The position numbers and the translations under genes were made by a program. A DNA stretch of 64,000 bases from Ramazzottius varieornatus (Eukaryota; Animalia; Tardigrada). The notes under the pieces are model-generated. The model was given only the letters and a program-made list of their open reading frames with translations. It did no database searches and was not told where the DNA came from. Below are positions 13,613-27,083 of this stretch, one piece after another. The stretch's first letter is position 1. Each line of letters opens with the position of its first letter. The stretch is from NCBI GenBank assembly GCA_001949185.1, contig BDGG01000011.1:1678902-1742901 (forward strand), read 5' to 3'.

Positions 13613-14250
13613 ATTAACTTATCAATACCTCCCAATGGTGACGAGATGTTTCACGAGAAAGATCTTACCAGGGTTACAATAGAAATTTAGTTATGAATGG
13701 ACTACGATGAGGAATACTGTTATTTATTACCTCCGAAATTTTTTTTTTTCTTTTTTTTAAAGTTTTCTCCGTAGAAGATTAGCCCCCAATATGGAGGTTG
13801 GACTTACCTGGCCCCCTTTAGGGATTGCAGCAATTAACACTTTCCAAGTTCCGCTTTTAAATACCTCCGTTCTACTCGCTAGGGGGGTTTTTGTAACTTG
13901 AGCCCACCATGGTTTAATTGAACAAAACAATAAAGTTAAAAAAGCAAATATATTAATCACAATTGTTATAGGTTTATATTTTACTACCCTTCAAGGTTGG
14001 GAATACTGAGAATCATCTTACTCAATCAGAGACTCAAGATTTGGTAGAACTTTCTTTTTAGCAACTGGATTTCATGGATTACATGTATTAGCAGGGACAA
14101 TTTCTTTGTTAGTGGGATTGGCGCGACACAATATGAACATATACTCCCTCACCCATCACTTAGGTTTAGAAACCGCCATCTGGTGTTGAAATTTTGTTGA
14201 TGTAGTGTGATTATTTCTCTATAGTTTTCTATATTGATGATGTTATTACA
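13613..14250 (+). pseudogene. cox3: 5'-truncated cox3 (NUMT)
   Basis: QWWRDVSRE, PLLNTSVLLASG, TWAHH, ATGFHGLHV. Confidence 0.9.
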
Positions 14251-15015
14251 CTTTTAATATATTTAGTATATTTGATTTCCAATCAAAAAGTTTCTTCTAT
14301 ATAGTGTAATTTTAGTACCAATATTTAGCCTTATTACAATTATTATATTTCTTATAGCACTATCCTATATATTAAAAACCCAAAATCAAATTAAATGACA
14401 AGAGAAGATGAGAAATTTTGAGTGCGGGTTTGACTCAAACCACACTAACCGGATAGCGTTCTCTTTAAGGTTCTTCATTATTACAGTAGTCTTTTTGGGT
14501 TTTGATATCGAAATTGCTGTAATTCTTCCAAGGCCAATAGTAGAAGAAAGTCTTTGTATTAAGACAAGAACACTAATTAACTGATCATTTTTCACTTTAT
14601 TGTTCGGGGGTTTAATTTTTGAATGACAAGGTGCTTTGGAGTGATCATGGGAGTGTATTTAATATAATAAAACTCAAATTGCAATTAAAAATTGTCAACG
14701 ACCTCACCCAAAAATAAGACATAAGTAGTTTCGACCTACCTTCTGATTCTTTAATCCTTATTTATTTTATTATGAATTGTGACTGAAACAGTGTTTAGAT
14801 GTTAACTAAAATTATAAGAAAACTTCTATTTAAAGAATTTAAAATGTAAAGCCGCTGACTTTAATAGTTGTGCACAGCATGAAAATTCTTTAAATAAATA
14901 ATGTAAAATATCATATTATAATTTCATTATAAAAATGCCAAAGGCTTTATTTTGTAAAAGAAAATTACTTTTATTAGATTCTTCAAATCTAAGCTTTAAT
15001 AGAAGCTACCTAAAC
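14250..15015 (+). pseudogene. nad3: trnG, nad3 and tRNA cluster A-R-N-S1-E (+), F (-) (NUMT)
   Basis: nad3 FECGFD...FDIEI; anticodon loops TCC, TGC, TCG, GTT, TTC and minus-strand GAA in the expected order. Confidence 0.8.
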
Positions 15016-16345
15016 AAATGAAATAAACTAATAACAAAATAAAGACTGCAAACGAATACGCCAACCTTCATCTTACAAAAGACACTATAAATACAGAAAC
15101 GAAATTGAAAGAAAAAAAATATTTTCGGGGCCCATAAAATTCTAGCCATCCCTGATTCACAAAACAAAAAATTTTATCGGCTATGATATAAAATATTTTT
15201 AAACCTCGAGCACTTACATTTTGATTTAAAAACCACACAAAACTAAGAACATCTAATTTAAAAAAAAATCTTCTTCAACAACTATATAAGACACCGACAA
15301 AATTATTATCAATACCAGATGAAAAAGTTTTCAAAGTGATAACAAATAAGTGAAAAAAGAAAATTGAAAAAAAATTCCCCTCAAAAAGAACCTATAACAA
15401 TAGAAAAAATAATTAATCTTCAAATGGGAAAAATCAAGTACTTCACATTTTCATAAACCCCCGATAAGGCTGAACGGTAAAAAGTCAAGGAGACGAGTAT
15501 ATAGAAAGAAAGTCGTAATGAATATGAGATGGTTAAAAAAACCCCGACTATAAAAAGAATAATAAATATCATCCTTCTAAACAGAGTATCCAAAATTAGA
15601 TCTTTAGAAAAAAAGCCAGACAAAAAAGGAAAACCACACAGGAATAGAATGCACACCATGAACGAAGACGCAAATAATTTTTTACTAGAAGAGAAGGGGG
15701 ATATATTACGGAAATCTTGTCCTCTATCTTCCCTATGAATAACCAGCCCTCCTCTTATGAAAAGGGAGGCTTTTAATAAAGCATGAGTCAACAGATGATA
15801 AAAACAAAAAATAATTAAACATGTTGAATAGGATAGTATCATGAAAGATAGTTGTCTTAGGGTAGAGTACGCAATAATTTTCTTTATATCCCATTCTACA
15901 TTATCTGTTGTCCCAGCTATCAATATAGTAAAGACTGACACAACTATGAGAAGATAACATACTTTCGATGTGAGTGGACTAATACAAATCAGAAGAAATA
16001 CACCAGCGGTTACAAGAGTGGAAGAATGAAGTAATGACGACACTGGTGTGGGGGCAGCCGTTGCGGCTGGGAGCCATGTCGAAAAGGGGATTTAAGCTCT
16101 TTTGGTAATAAAAGTAACAAGTAAAAAAAAGCTCCTAGCTGAGCAAATGCTTAAGCTTTTCTGTCAAAATACGAAAATCAGGAGAAAAGAGAAAACAAGC
16201 TGATAAAAAAAAGGAAACAAATATCCCCCACGCGATTTGCCAAAAAGGTTAATATCCCCGCGACTGAACTAGAAACTCTTATGTAATAAACTACTAATAA
16301 ATAAGAAACTAAACCCAGGCCGTCTCACCCAAGAAGCAAAAAAAA
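15010..16345 (-). pseudogene. nad5: nad5 (NUMT copy, 5' part deleted)
   Basis: PTPVSSLLHSSTLVTAGV, DIKKIIAYST, GFPFLSGFFSKD. Confidence 0.92.
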
Positions 16346-16349
16346 TTAA

Positions 16350-16600
16350 TACTATAAATAGGAGCAATCTTTAAAATTCTAAAGAAATAAAAACTGAAAG
16401 GAGATGGTCAAATTTTAATACAAGGAGCACTCCCATATAAATTAACATAAATGGAAAAAAAGAAATAGCTAAAATAGTTTAAATCAAAACACAGACCTTG
16501 CAGACCTTGTCTAAAATACTTTAAAGTTTTTAACTTCAGAAAGAGAATTACATCTTAGATCTCCAAACTTCAAATTTTATGGTTGAACTACTTCTGAGAT
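16350..16600. pseudogene. nad4L 5' fragment (-), trnT (+, with a 9-bp duplication), trnP (-) (NUMT)
   Basis: Minus strand reads HLLSVFISLEF; cagaccttg-cagaccttg tandem; minus-strand TGG anticodon. Confidence 0.6.
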
Positions 16601-18080
16601 GAAAAAAATCATAATCGTAAGAAGAATCACTTTATGATTTTTCAGTCTTTTTCAGCAGCCCCTAATTCTTGTAGATGTTTCGACCATCCAAAGTACCCCG
16701 GCAATTTATTCAGCTTTACACTCGTCACACAGAGGCTGAATAGCTTTTTTGCTGTTTCTAATTTTTTTAGGGTGCTTGTTAATTATTTTTGTTTATCTTC
16801 CAGCTCTAATCCCCAATGAAATTTTTTTACCCTCTCGTATAGAAATTATTACATTTTGTTTATTAGCACTCCTACCGATTCTCTGGTCAAAAAAACTGTT
16901 AAACTTAAATTTTTTGACCATAACCAAAGACCTGTAACAGATTTCGCCCATCTATTTTATCATAACATGTTTACATTCATACTATGCTACTTATTTATTT
17001 CTCTCACCGCTACGATATATATTACATCTAAATATAAGACGCCCATAAAAAGATCCTATTATGATGAATATCCGAAAAAATCACCCATTAATCAAAGTTA
17101 TAAATTCCGCTTTAGTGGATCTCCCAGCCCCTTCTAACATTACTCTTTTTTGAAACTTTGGGTCTCCTTTAGGAGTTTGTTTAATAACTCAAATTATTCC
17201 AGGAGATTTTTTAGCAATACACTATACATCAAGAATTGATTTAGCTTTTGATTGTATTAGACATTTAATGCGGGATGTAAACGGAGGCTGGCTAATACGA
17301 GTTACCCACGCGAACGGGGCCTCACTATTTTTTTTAGCCTTTTTTATTCACATCGGGCGGGGATTATATTTTAAATCATATGTATTAAATATAACCTGAA
17401 TAAGAGGGGTAGTTTTTTTTCAATGTCTATAATAACGGCATTTCTAGGTTATGTCCTACCTTGAGGACAAATGTCTTATTGGGGGGCAACGGTGATTACA
17501 GCTCTGTTATCAGCAATCCCATATATCGGGGTTCCTTTAGTCGAATGAGTGTGGGGTGATTTCTCCGTAAATGACGCGAGTCTTACTCGATTTTTTCCCT
17601 CCATTATTTTTTACCTTTTGCTATCAGATTATTAGTAATTACACATTTAACTTTTCTTCATGAACAAAAATCGAGTAATCCCTTAGGCCTGCGCCTTGGA
17701 ATAGACAAAATCACTTTTCACCCTTTTTTTCTCTATAAAAGATTTAACTTCCTTACTTTTAATTATATTTATGTTTATAATAATTAACTATACTTTTCCC
17801 TTTTCCCTCATAGACGCAGAAAATTTTATTCCGGCAAACCCTATAGTTACCCCTGTTCATATCCGACCTCAATATTTTTTATTTTCTTACGCTATCTTAC
17901 GAGCTATCCTTAACAAATTGGGAGGTGTCAAGGCACTTCTCCTTTCAATCCTTATGCTTATTCCTTTAATTTTGCAACCCTCAATAAAACAATTCAACAA
18001 AGAAAATCAAAAGAGCATGTTCTTTTGATTTTTTGTTATAGTTTTTCTAATTTCAACATGATTGGGAGTAAAACCTGTTG
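16600..18080 (+). pseudogene. cob: nad6 and 3'-truncated cob (NUMT)
   Basis: cob [46 protein letters not shown]; ends at WIGVKPV. Confidence 0.92.
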
Positions 18081-18224
18081 CCGTTGTTTCAACCAATCAA
18101 TATCGTTTCACGTCTAACTGAAAGCTCCCCCACTTACTGAGTTCTTCAGTTTCCACAGGTAGCTTGTTAAGTCATCTGCCGAAAGCGGTTATATGTCCTG
18201 TCCACCAACCACATCCACCTAGCT

Positions 18225-19197
18225 TTTTCATCGATTTGGATAACAGGTGCGATACGACTTTCGGATGGAGAATTATCAGGAGTTCTGCAGACTACGCGAT
18301 GCCTTACAATTACCGGAAGTCGTCATCGACGAAAACCGAGTCGTCGTCTCTAGAAGTCTCGCTTTAGCTGTGCTACTGAAGCGGCTGGCCTTCCCACATA
18401 GATGGGTCGACTGCATGGATATTCTAGACCAAGAAAGAACCCATCTGTTGCGCATCTTCAACACCACAGTTTCTGCTATATACAGGAAGCACAGTCACCT
18501 GTTAGAAAACATGGATCCACCATGGCTGACGAGGGAACGCGTAGATCTCCATGCTAATGCCATGCATCGGGTTTGTGGGTATTAAGGTGAGTCCTTGGCA
18601 ATCTGTTCATACCAGGAAAAATTCGGAAGTCGAGAGAATCTGTTTGTTACAGATAACTGTTGGGGCTTCATCGACGGAACTGCCCCAGCGATTTGTCGTC
18701 TCAAAAGACATCAGAGGGAGCAATGCAGCGGACACTCACGGAACTACGTCATGAAGTTTCAAAGTATATGCACTCCAGATGGTATAATCACGTATAAGTA
18801 TGGTCCCTGTGCAGGTCGCCGTCATGACGGTTTCATGTTGGGAGAAAGCAACATGCGCGAGCGACTGCGCCACCTCAGCAAAATGTGGTGAAGGGAAATG
18901 TGTCTCTTCGGCGACAAGGAACACTTTCTCAGTGAAGAGATTCAAGTTCCCTACAAAGGCAGCTACCTGACAGAAGAACAGACAGTTTTGAACAACACAA
19001 TGTCGCAGATTAGAGTGACTGTAAAGTACGGTTTTATGGCGATAGCACGCAAATTACGAAAAAATCAGAAAATATACTGGCAGCTGGTGGCTAAAACATA
19101 TTTAGTGTCTGCCGTTCTGACTAACTGTATGACATGCATGTACGGCTTTCCTCTTGTCCGGAAAAATTTGTCGTCGATCCTCCGCCTCTTAAAATAA
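18225..19197 (+). mobile_element. Decayed PIF/Harbinger-type (DDE_Tnp_4) transposase
   Basis: LLKRLAFPHRW, NCWGFIDGT, MKFQSICTPDG, GPCAGRRHDGFML, LFGD; internal stop near 18889. Confidence 0.85.
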
Positions 19198-19328
19198 ACT
19201 CGGGTTCTCTAGAAGAAAATTAGTTTGGTTTCCCGGCAGCAAGAAATCGAAATGAATTCGCAAAAACAGCAACCGTTTTTCGTTTCTCTCTACTTGAGGT
19301 TGGTCTACCGGCTTTCTACCACCGTGGA

Positions 19329-20877
19329 TTATTTCTTCGCGTAGTTGATTAGAACGTCTCGCAGAGTCGTAATAGTTTGAAAGAGAATCTGGCGATCTTC
19401 CGCACGTTCTTCAACTTCGTTCAGTCGGATTTTTTTCTCGATTTCCAGCTGTTTTTCTGTAAGCCCCTGTTCTTTCGCGAACTTTTCTTTCTGCCATTCA
19501 CGATCGTTCTTGCGCTCTTAAGTCACGCATGGCCTCGATTTGACTAGCAGCGGTGTTATACGTTTGGTGGTCCTCGAAGGGAGGGCTGACGAACCAGCGT
19601 CATTCACTTTGATAAACGTCTTGCCGAGAACAGAGCAGCATACTAAGGGCTGCGCCGGGAGTCCGCGCTTGAGACAAAGGCTCAGAAGGACTAGAAAGTT
19701 TTGTCTCGGACTTGCTGTATCATGAGAACGTTTCTGCGCGCATCAATCGTTTCGAACGAATCGCAGTAAACACAGGTTTTGCCTTACTTAAGGTGAAAAT
19801 TGTTCTCATCAAAATATTTTATAAAGTGAATTTCGCTGGTCGACCTTCGGGAAACTGTTGTTATCCTGCCGTCCCGTCTTTTGCCAGAGCTTTCCGATAC
19901 TCTGTCGCTATCGCAGCTGTTTTGGCTGCTTCGCTGGTCTCTGTAACAGACATAGCTCTGTTTCATCCGTTGCAGATGTGTGCAGTATCTCACTTTCGGA
20001 AAGGGTTACCTGTGGCTTCCGGTAAGAACTTGGCCTTTCCTCTGACGGGCTGAGATAAATCTTCCACTGAGAGGAGAAAGAACGGTCAAGCGCGGACGAC
20101 TGTCGCAGGGTTGTTGACTCGTCGTGAAAGAGTCTTATCCAAATTAGCTCGGACATCCTGAGCGTGTTCTTTGGCTACATCTGAGGTATCTTTGTCGCCG
20201 ACAGAACACAGTGGCTCTGTAGCCTTGTTGCCTGTGCTCATCCCACGAATCAGACTTTCGTCTCTGTTTACTGCTTCGGGGCTTCTTTGGTCGGCCTTTA
20301 GTACAGCCGAAGGCCGATTGTCTTTCTTCTCCGCAAGGAACTGAATCACTAGGTCGCCAATATTGACAGGATTCTCCTCATCGCCAGATTCTCGTAGGCG
20401 CTTCAGATGCTTCTCCTTGAACTCTTTCACTTCTTGATCAACAAGAACCGGAAGACTATGCAGAGCATCAGCGTCCTCCTTCTACTGTGCCTTGATTTCT
20501 TTCTCAGTTTCCGGCATGATTTCTGGTTCTTTCGGCTGATAAATGTTACTTGAGGAATGGCGTAAAGCTACCTTCAACGCGAGAGTACACTCTTTTCCGG
20601 GAGGATACTGATAAGGATTGATGCCATCCACGGCCAGCAGTCCCTCAAATGTTTCGTCTCCGCGGGTTAACTTCGCACGAGCCGCAGTAGTGTCGCTGTC
20701 CATTTCTTTCTCCGACCGTCTTTTCAGCTTCGGAATCTCTTTCACGTCGCTGTCGGCCTGCGTCGGAAGTCCATGGTTTGGAACCGCGCACTCTTTTGCT
20801 GTTGTTGGTCTCTCCCTGTTAACTAGAGCAGCTGAGGACGACGCTGATGTGGGAGAAGCTGATAGTGCGTCATGCAC
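19329..20877 (-). mobile_element. Decayed Harbinger accessory (Myb/SANT-like) ORF, tail-to-tail with the transposase
   Basis: GINPYQYPPGKE motif; charged coiled-coil C-terminus (REWQKEKFAKE...EERAEDRQIL); the convergent two-ORF layout is typical of this superfamily. Confidence 0.5.
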
Positions 20878-21879
20878 TTGCGCCGGACGTCCCCGCGTTA
20901 CAGACGGCCTGCTGCTAGTGCCGAATCCTTATGGCTGATTGCCCGGGGGAGTGATAGATAATCAGGTAAAGAGAGTAGGGTTACTGCTGGAGTGCTGGAG
21001 GTAATTTCGGAGCTGACGAGATCGGATAAGTCTGCATCACTCATGGGAAAGCGCTGCTTCCCACAGGAAATCGTGTCCCTTCCATCCATCGAGCGCCATT
21101 GCTGGCCAAAACGCACGAGCACAGAATTTTTCCACTATAGAAGCACCGAAAGATCAAGGATTGAAAAGGCGGCCTTCTTATTGCTATGGTAATACCGGTA
21201 TTTGAATCAAACTACATATCACAACTTGGGTACTTCCGTTGCGTCTAATTCCCGATGTTGCCGTTCTAACCACCGGAGTCAGCGGAAGTTCAAAAAGATG
21301 TGCGGGGTGGAAATTTCCGTTCGTCGTTCTTACATTTCATCGCCGAGTTTGTGAGCCATCAGCTGCTCACATGACGGCTGACGGCTCACATTTGGCCTTC
21401 GCCCAGTACCGAAGGGGTGGAGTCCGTCCGGACCAAATATGAGAGTCGTAATGTGAGAGGGCAAATGTGAGCGGTTGATTAATTTTGCGCACGAAGTTTA
21501 CTAGTCTTAGTAAATCGGTAATGCCCAATCAGTGCGCTGGCTCCTTCTTGACAGCTTGAATACAAACGTATAGGCTGCTGGTCAACCGCTCAACCAAGCG
21601 GCGCCTTCGACTGCTCAGAGATGTGGCTTGCTTGATCGGGACATCTGTTGCCACATTTCCAAAGACATTTCTGCTGTATAAACAAACAGCCTTGCGGATG
21701 AAGAAGAGCAGAATCCACCGTCTGGCAGAGACTGACATGCAGAGCGAGACAGGAAAATATCGCTTTTGGCCTCCCTGTGAAAAGATATTCTTCTACTTCT
21801 TGGCGTCGAACCGCTATTGTTTATCCCCAGAAGTTGTTTTATCCTGCAGCATGTCCGTGCTTTGAATGGCGCTTTTGCA

Positions 21880-24566
21880 ATGGACGCTTGCTCGTTTCTG
21901 ATCTTATCCTTGTTTCCGGTCTTCGCCGCCAGTCAGATAACGACCGTCCCGACCATTCTAGTAGCCATGATTGCCAGGAATGCAGAGAACACGTTACCCT
22001 ATGCCCTCGGAGGCTTGGAGAAGCAAAATTACCCCCCGAAACATTTGCATATTCGGTAAGATCGCCATAGTCCAGAAAAACTGTTCACTCTAGAAGGAGT
22101 TAGCGTGATGTCACGGAAATATTCCATGACCGATCACTTAATGTAACAGTTGCGCCCCGTACGCCGTGACGTCATGCGCTACTGAAGCATTGTTGTGGAC
22201 CATTGATTGATTCGAAAGGACTGTAGTGTCTGCTAACCACCTTTCTACCTGTCTGTTTCCAGCATACGGACGGACTGCAACATGGACAAGACCGCCGATG
22301 TCGCCAAGAAATGGACGGCTGCCGTAAAAGACAAGTACGGAAGTGTGGCCGTCATGGATTCGGAATGTCGGCAGGAAGTGAATCCTAAATACCCATTTAC
22401 CAAAGATCCCGAAAGACGACACCATGTCAATGCCATGCGCGACCAAGCACTTGTTGCGGCGCGCAACGAAGGCGTCTACGATTATGTACTGGTCAGTAAA
22501 TATATTCCTCCTCCTCACCGTCCGCTCTTAGAGCTTCAAACTTTCATCTGGTTTAAACTCTTCTGTAGTTTCTCGACTCGGATGCCTTTCTAGTGGATCC
22601 TTCAACCATATCGGATCTCGTCGCCACTCAAACGTAAGCCGCAAAAATCACTTCCGCTTGAAAAAGTAACGAAGCGTCTAGTATCATTTTAGGTTAATCG
22701 TTTCGCCATTTCTTCCTTCGTTGAACAAGTATGGCAATTTCTGGTGCAATTCAACTGAAGAGGTAAAATCATTCTAAGTGCAACTGGGAAATTAGGAGCG
22801 TGGCAAACAAACTCGATAATGATTGCCCAAGTGGCGCACTGTCTCGGACATCAATACCGAAAACATGCGCCACTTTGGAGAACGATTTTGTGGGGTGCGT
22901 TTGCTGACCTCCCATATCGACTTGGTTCAGAGTTTAAAGTGAATTCTTTTGTGATAGTTTCGGTATTATCCGACGTTGGACTGCTCGGCCATTTTCGAGT
23001 TCGAGTCCACCGGGATCTTCGAAGTGGCCCTCGTCCATACTGTCGTTCTAGTCGATGTGAAGGCTGTCGAGACTCAGAAGCTGAGCTTCCGGTCTTCCAA
23101 CGAACTGGACGAGTCTGCTCGACCATACCAGAATTTTGTTCGCGAAGCTCACAAAGCCGGCGTGTCGATGCATGTCATCAACAGCAAGCAGTATGGCTAC
23201 TGTCTACCTCCGCTAACCAACGGCAGTACGCTGGAGAACCAAAGCGACCTGCTAAAGAACCTCCTCATGGAAGTTCTCGGTAAGACTATTCCCTCGTCAT
23301 CAAAGACGGAATTTTTTTCATAATGTGACTGCTTGTAGTCAGTCGAGAGGAGATTCCGCGGTCGATCCATCTGCCCTTAAACCACGAAGATTTGGACACG
23401 CTAGGCTTCGACCACATGTATCTGATCAACCTAGATAGGCGGACTGAACGAAGAGAACGAATGGAGAAGACGTTCGATATTCTTAATTTGGAGGTCGAAC
23501 GTATCACAGCCGTCGATGGGACGTAAGCAGCAATATTCCCTTCGTTTAATTTGAAATTTGGAAGATAAGAAAAGCGACTCGACGAGATCGTTTTCTTTCA
23601 AGTGGCGTACCGTGCGCCCAAAAACACGGAGAATATGCGCCACTTAGCGAAAGAGGTGAACTTGGTAATTATGCTCGTTTTCTCAATTGGCGCACCTTTC
23701 AGGCAATGACACTGAAAATGTGCACCGTTTGGGAAATAAACTCGACCCAGTTCGTTTTTCCAAATGGCGCACTTTCACAGCCAGTAATACCGACAACGTG
23801 TGCCACTTGGGAAACCGTTTGTAGAGGTTGTTCGCCGAGCTCTCATTCCTGGGATATTTTTGGCAGGAAATTGACGTTGACGGATCTGGACGATATGGGT
23901 GTAAAGATGCTGGAAGGTTACCTCGACCCATACAAGAAGCGTCCCATGACTATGGGCGAGTTTGGTTGTTACCTGTCCCACTACGCCATCTGGCGGGACG
24001 TCATCGACAAGGGCTATCAAAAGGTGCTGGTCTTTGAAGACGACATTCGCTTCGAGAACTACTTCCGCCAGCGCCTTCTCGATATCTGGAAAGACGTCGA
24101 CCGGTTAAAGCTCGATTGGGACCTGATCTATCTCGGTCGAAAGCGTCTCGCTGACGAGTACGAGCCGTTCGTCAAAGGTAGCCGGCAGATCGTGCATGTA
24201 GGGTACTCGTACTGGACACTGTGTTACATGTTGAGCGCGAGTGGCGCAGCCAAGCTGTTAAAGGGCGAACCGTTAGGGAAGGTCTTGCCGGTGGATGAAT
24301 ACTTGCCGATTATGTTTGATCGGCATCCGAATAGTGAGTGGAAGGAAAGCTTCCCTGAAAGGGACTTGTTGGCGTTTTCGGCGTACCCGTTGTTGGTGTA
24401 TCCCACTCATTATACCAAAGAGGAAGGGTACATCAGTGACACGGAGAACTCGGTCGTGTTCAGTGAAGTGGCGAAGGAAGTACCGGAAGGTTCGAGAGGG
24501 GATGAACGGATAAAAAAGAAGAAGGACAAAGAGATGGGCGACATCGTTGCTCATGACGAGCTATAG
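21880..24566 (+). CDS. COLGALT1: Procollagen galactosyltransferase (GT25 family, COLGALT/GLT25D-like), ER-resident, 7 exons
   Basis: Signal peptide; IARNAENTLPY; DSD motif; YGNFW; YLINLDRRTERR; GEFGCYLSHY; FEDD; YLGRK; PVDEYLP; C-terminal HDEL. Exons approx. 21880-22055, 22263-22491, 22569-22632, 22693-22762, 22958-23279, 23339-23522, 23866-24566. Confidence 0.93.
22811..22879. repeat. Single inverted-motif unit in a COLGALT intron
   Basis: Core at 22832/22869 (33-nt gap), preceded by CTCGATAA. Confidence 0.85.
23578..23838. repeat. Intronic array of 3 inverted-motif units
   Basis: Cores at 23603/23639, 23688/23724, 23765/23802 in intron 23523-23865. Confidence 0.88.
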
Positions 24567-24945
24567 AATGAAGGTGGCGGCTTTATATTTTACTATTCCG
24601 TGTGATTGCGACAAATGTGCCTCTTTGAAGTTTTTATTACGAGGATGAGAAATCAATCAAGGGTGTCGGTAATACTCAAACTTCTTGCATTGCCCGAATT
24701 ATGGTGCGAAAATGGCTATGCCCGAATTATGTTTTCTACCTCGTACGAATGTTTTTGTTAGATCTGACCTTGTGCTCAACTGTTTTTTATCGTTTCTTTT
24801 ATCACCTTGCCGTTTTTCTACCCACTGATCAACCTCGTTGTTTCTAACTTTTAGCTCGGTCGAAGTTTAATAGGGCGCATCTAGGAATTCGAGTACCAAT
24901 TGGCCAAGGACAATCGATATCCGCACTGCAGTGCGCGACTTTACG

Positions 24946-24982
24946 GTTCAGCATAGGCCAGCGCCACTGGCCTATGCTGAAC
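24946..24982. repeat. Perfect 16-bp-stem hairpin
   Basis: GTTCAGCATAGGCCAG-cgcca-CTGGCCTATGCTGAAC. Confidence 0.85.
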
Positions 24983-26116
24983 AGTGCCAAAACTCATCAG
25001 TGAGCCGCAAAGATATTTTTAGATCAGGCTGGGCGCTGTTTACCTTGTGAGGATGGAATGCCTTTGTCTTATCGGAGGATGTGAGAAACACTCACTGACA
25101 CGTTTTGTCACAAACGAATTCTTTGGTGAGTACAGCGAAGGTCTGTTGCTGAATTTCGAATGCAGCACGATGGCGTGCTAGTGTGAGAGCTTCGGGTTGT
25201 TGCTCCTGTACACGTCTATGCAAACTGTCACGAGGCGGGAGCCCGCAGCTTCGAACAGAGTTAGGTACGTGCTATTGCTCTGCGCCTATCGTCTACAACT
25301 TCATAAATCGTAATTCGGCAACCGTTTTCTGCTGTCTAGTCGGATTATCCTCGGGATTTTAGGGACCCAGTTTTTGAGTATTCAGGTTGTTTTGACGCAT
25401 GGGTCGTCGCAAGAAAAGCGAAGCATGGACGGATGGGCCAAATTCTCCTGGTTTTCCCGTGAAGAGATTACGGTACGATTCCGCACCGATTCAGCATGGT
25501 TCTATCGGTACAAATCTTCGATGGTGAATGCTTAGAGTATCTGCTTTTCCCGGAAAGATGCGAAAGGGAGGAGGAAGTCAAACGGATGTCGGGAGCGGCA
25601 GTGAGGCTAGTGACTGGGAGACGTCACAGTGGAAGCCGGTTATGTGTTATGCGCATGGAAGAATGGCGGACAATGAGAAACACGGTGGAAAGGATTCTGT
25701 CAAACGCTTCTTCGAACCTATCGAACCGAAGGAGATCAGGAGAGATGTCAGCCACGGAAAACGTCGGGCAGTTGAAATTTCCTTCCGGACGGGAGCTGGC
25801 TTTATTCAGGCATTGGAAAAAAGTAACATCGATCATGTGGTATGCCATGCACTACAATAACGTTTACATACTTTTCTTTACCTTTGTCATTGCGAATTAT
25901 AAAACGTATGATTAGAGAAATTCATTCTTCACCTGTTGGTTATCGGTAGGTCTCAGACAGGGCCAGAATCACTCTGAAGCGTCCGGAAGAAGCGTTGGAA
26001 GAGATGACGAGCACCGAGTATTTCTGGACGATGGACGAGATTTTGTGGCAGTTGGTGCCGTTCTACTGGGGACGACTTTTTAAAGGGTGCGTGCACGCAT
26101 ACTTGAACGAAACTTA

Positions 26117-27083
26117 GGCTGCGTTTCGTAAGTGGTTATCAACCCTGGTCGACTATAATATTATGATGAACTGGCGTTCACAAAGCCACTCTTCAGTAAC
26201 TCAACCCTGGTCAACGAAAATCAACCCAAATGCGTTCAGAAAGTCCATACGTTATAATCAACCCGCTGCAACCCAATGTAGTTGTTAGCCGTGGTTGATT
26301 TATGAACAATTCGAGTCGTCAACCCGAGTTATCAACCACATCCCATTGAAAAGAGCCTACCCGCTTAACTAGCATAAATATGCTAGTAGACCCCTACCCC
26401 GCTCCTCTTCTCAATTCTCATGACAATTTTCCATGGTGTGTCGATCATTGAGTGTTTGACTTTTTCCCGTGTTCGCTAGCTTTCTAAACGAACTGTGGAT
26501 CTTCTGTCCACACAACTTTTCGCCATCAACATCGCCGTTACGGCAGCATCCCAATGTCCACCGGAAGCCGACCACAAAACCGTTCTGACGGAAAGCCAGA
26601 TTTCAGCTGCAGTCGAATTGATCTGCACTGTTATTCGTGTGCCACTGCTTCGTTGGCTCGTCGCTACTCTACTCATTGAATCTTCAACTATCATTCTACA
26701 AGGTCCGGGTACTACGGAGACAGGCCTTCTGGGTGCTCGACAGTGACGACGACGATCTGAAGGAAGTTTTCGGAGTGCAGCGTTCGACTTTCACCAAGCT
26801 GCTACGAGATCTCAAGCTGTACAGAAATTTCTGTACAGTATTTAATGTGGCAGTAATCATATTGACGTAATGCAGCTGTCGCTGCGGGTTGATGGTATGT
26901 AGTTGATGACATGACATCACACTTTGTGAACGCTGGTTAAGCTGAAATATTACACACAACCTCGGGTTGATCATAATTTCATCGCCCACCTCAACTCGCT
27001 CGGTGGCGCGTTCATTATGTCTACTAGTGATTCACAATTTTGGGTTCATCATAACAACTAGGGTTGAGATACAAAACGCAGCC
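26117..27083 (+). mobile_element. Non-autonomous PIF/Harbinger deletion derivative, 967 bp
   Basis: TTA duplication on both sides; TIR GGCTGCGTTT(C/T)GTA; many subterminal TCAACCC/GGGTTGA; transposase N-terminal relic FWVLDSDDDDLKEVFGVQRSTFTKL. Confidence 0.9.
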
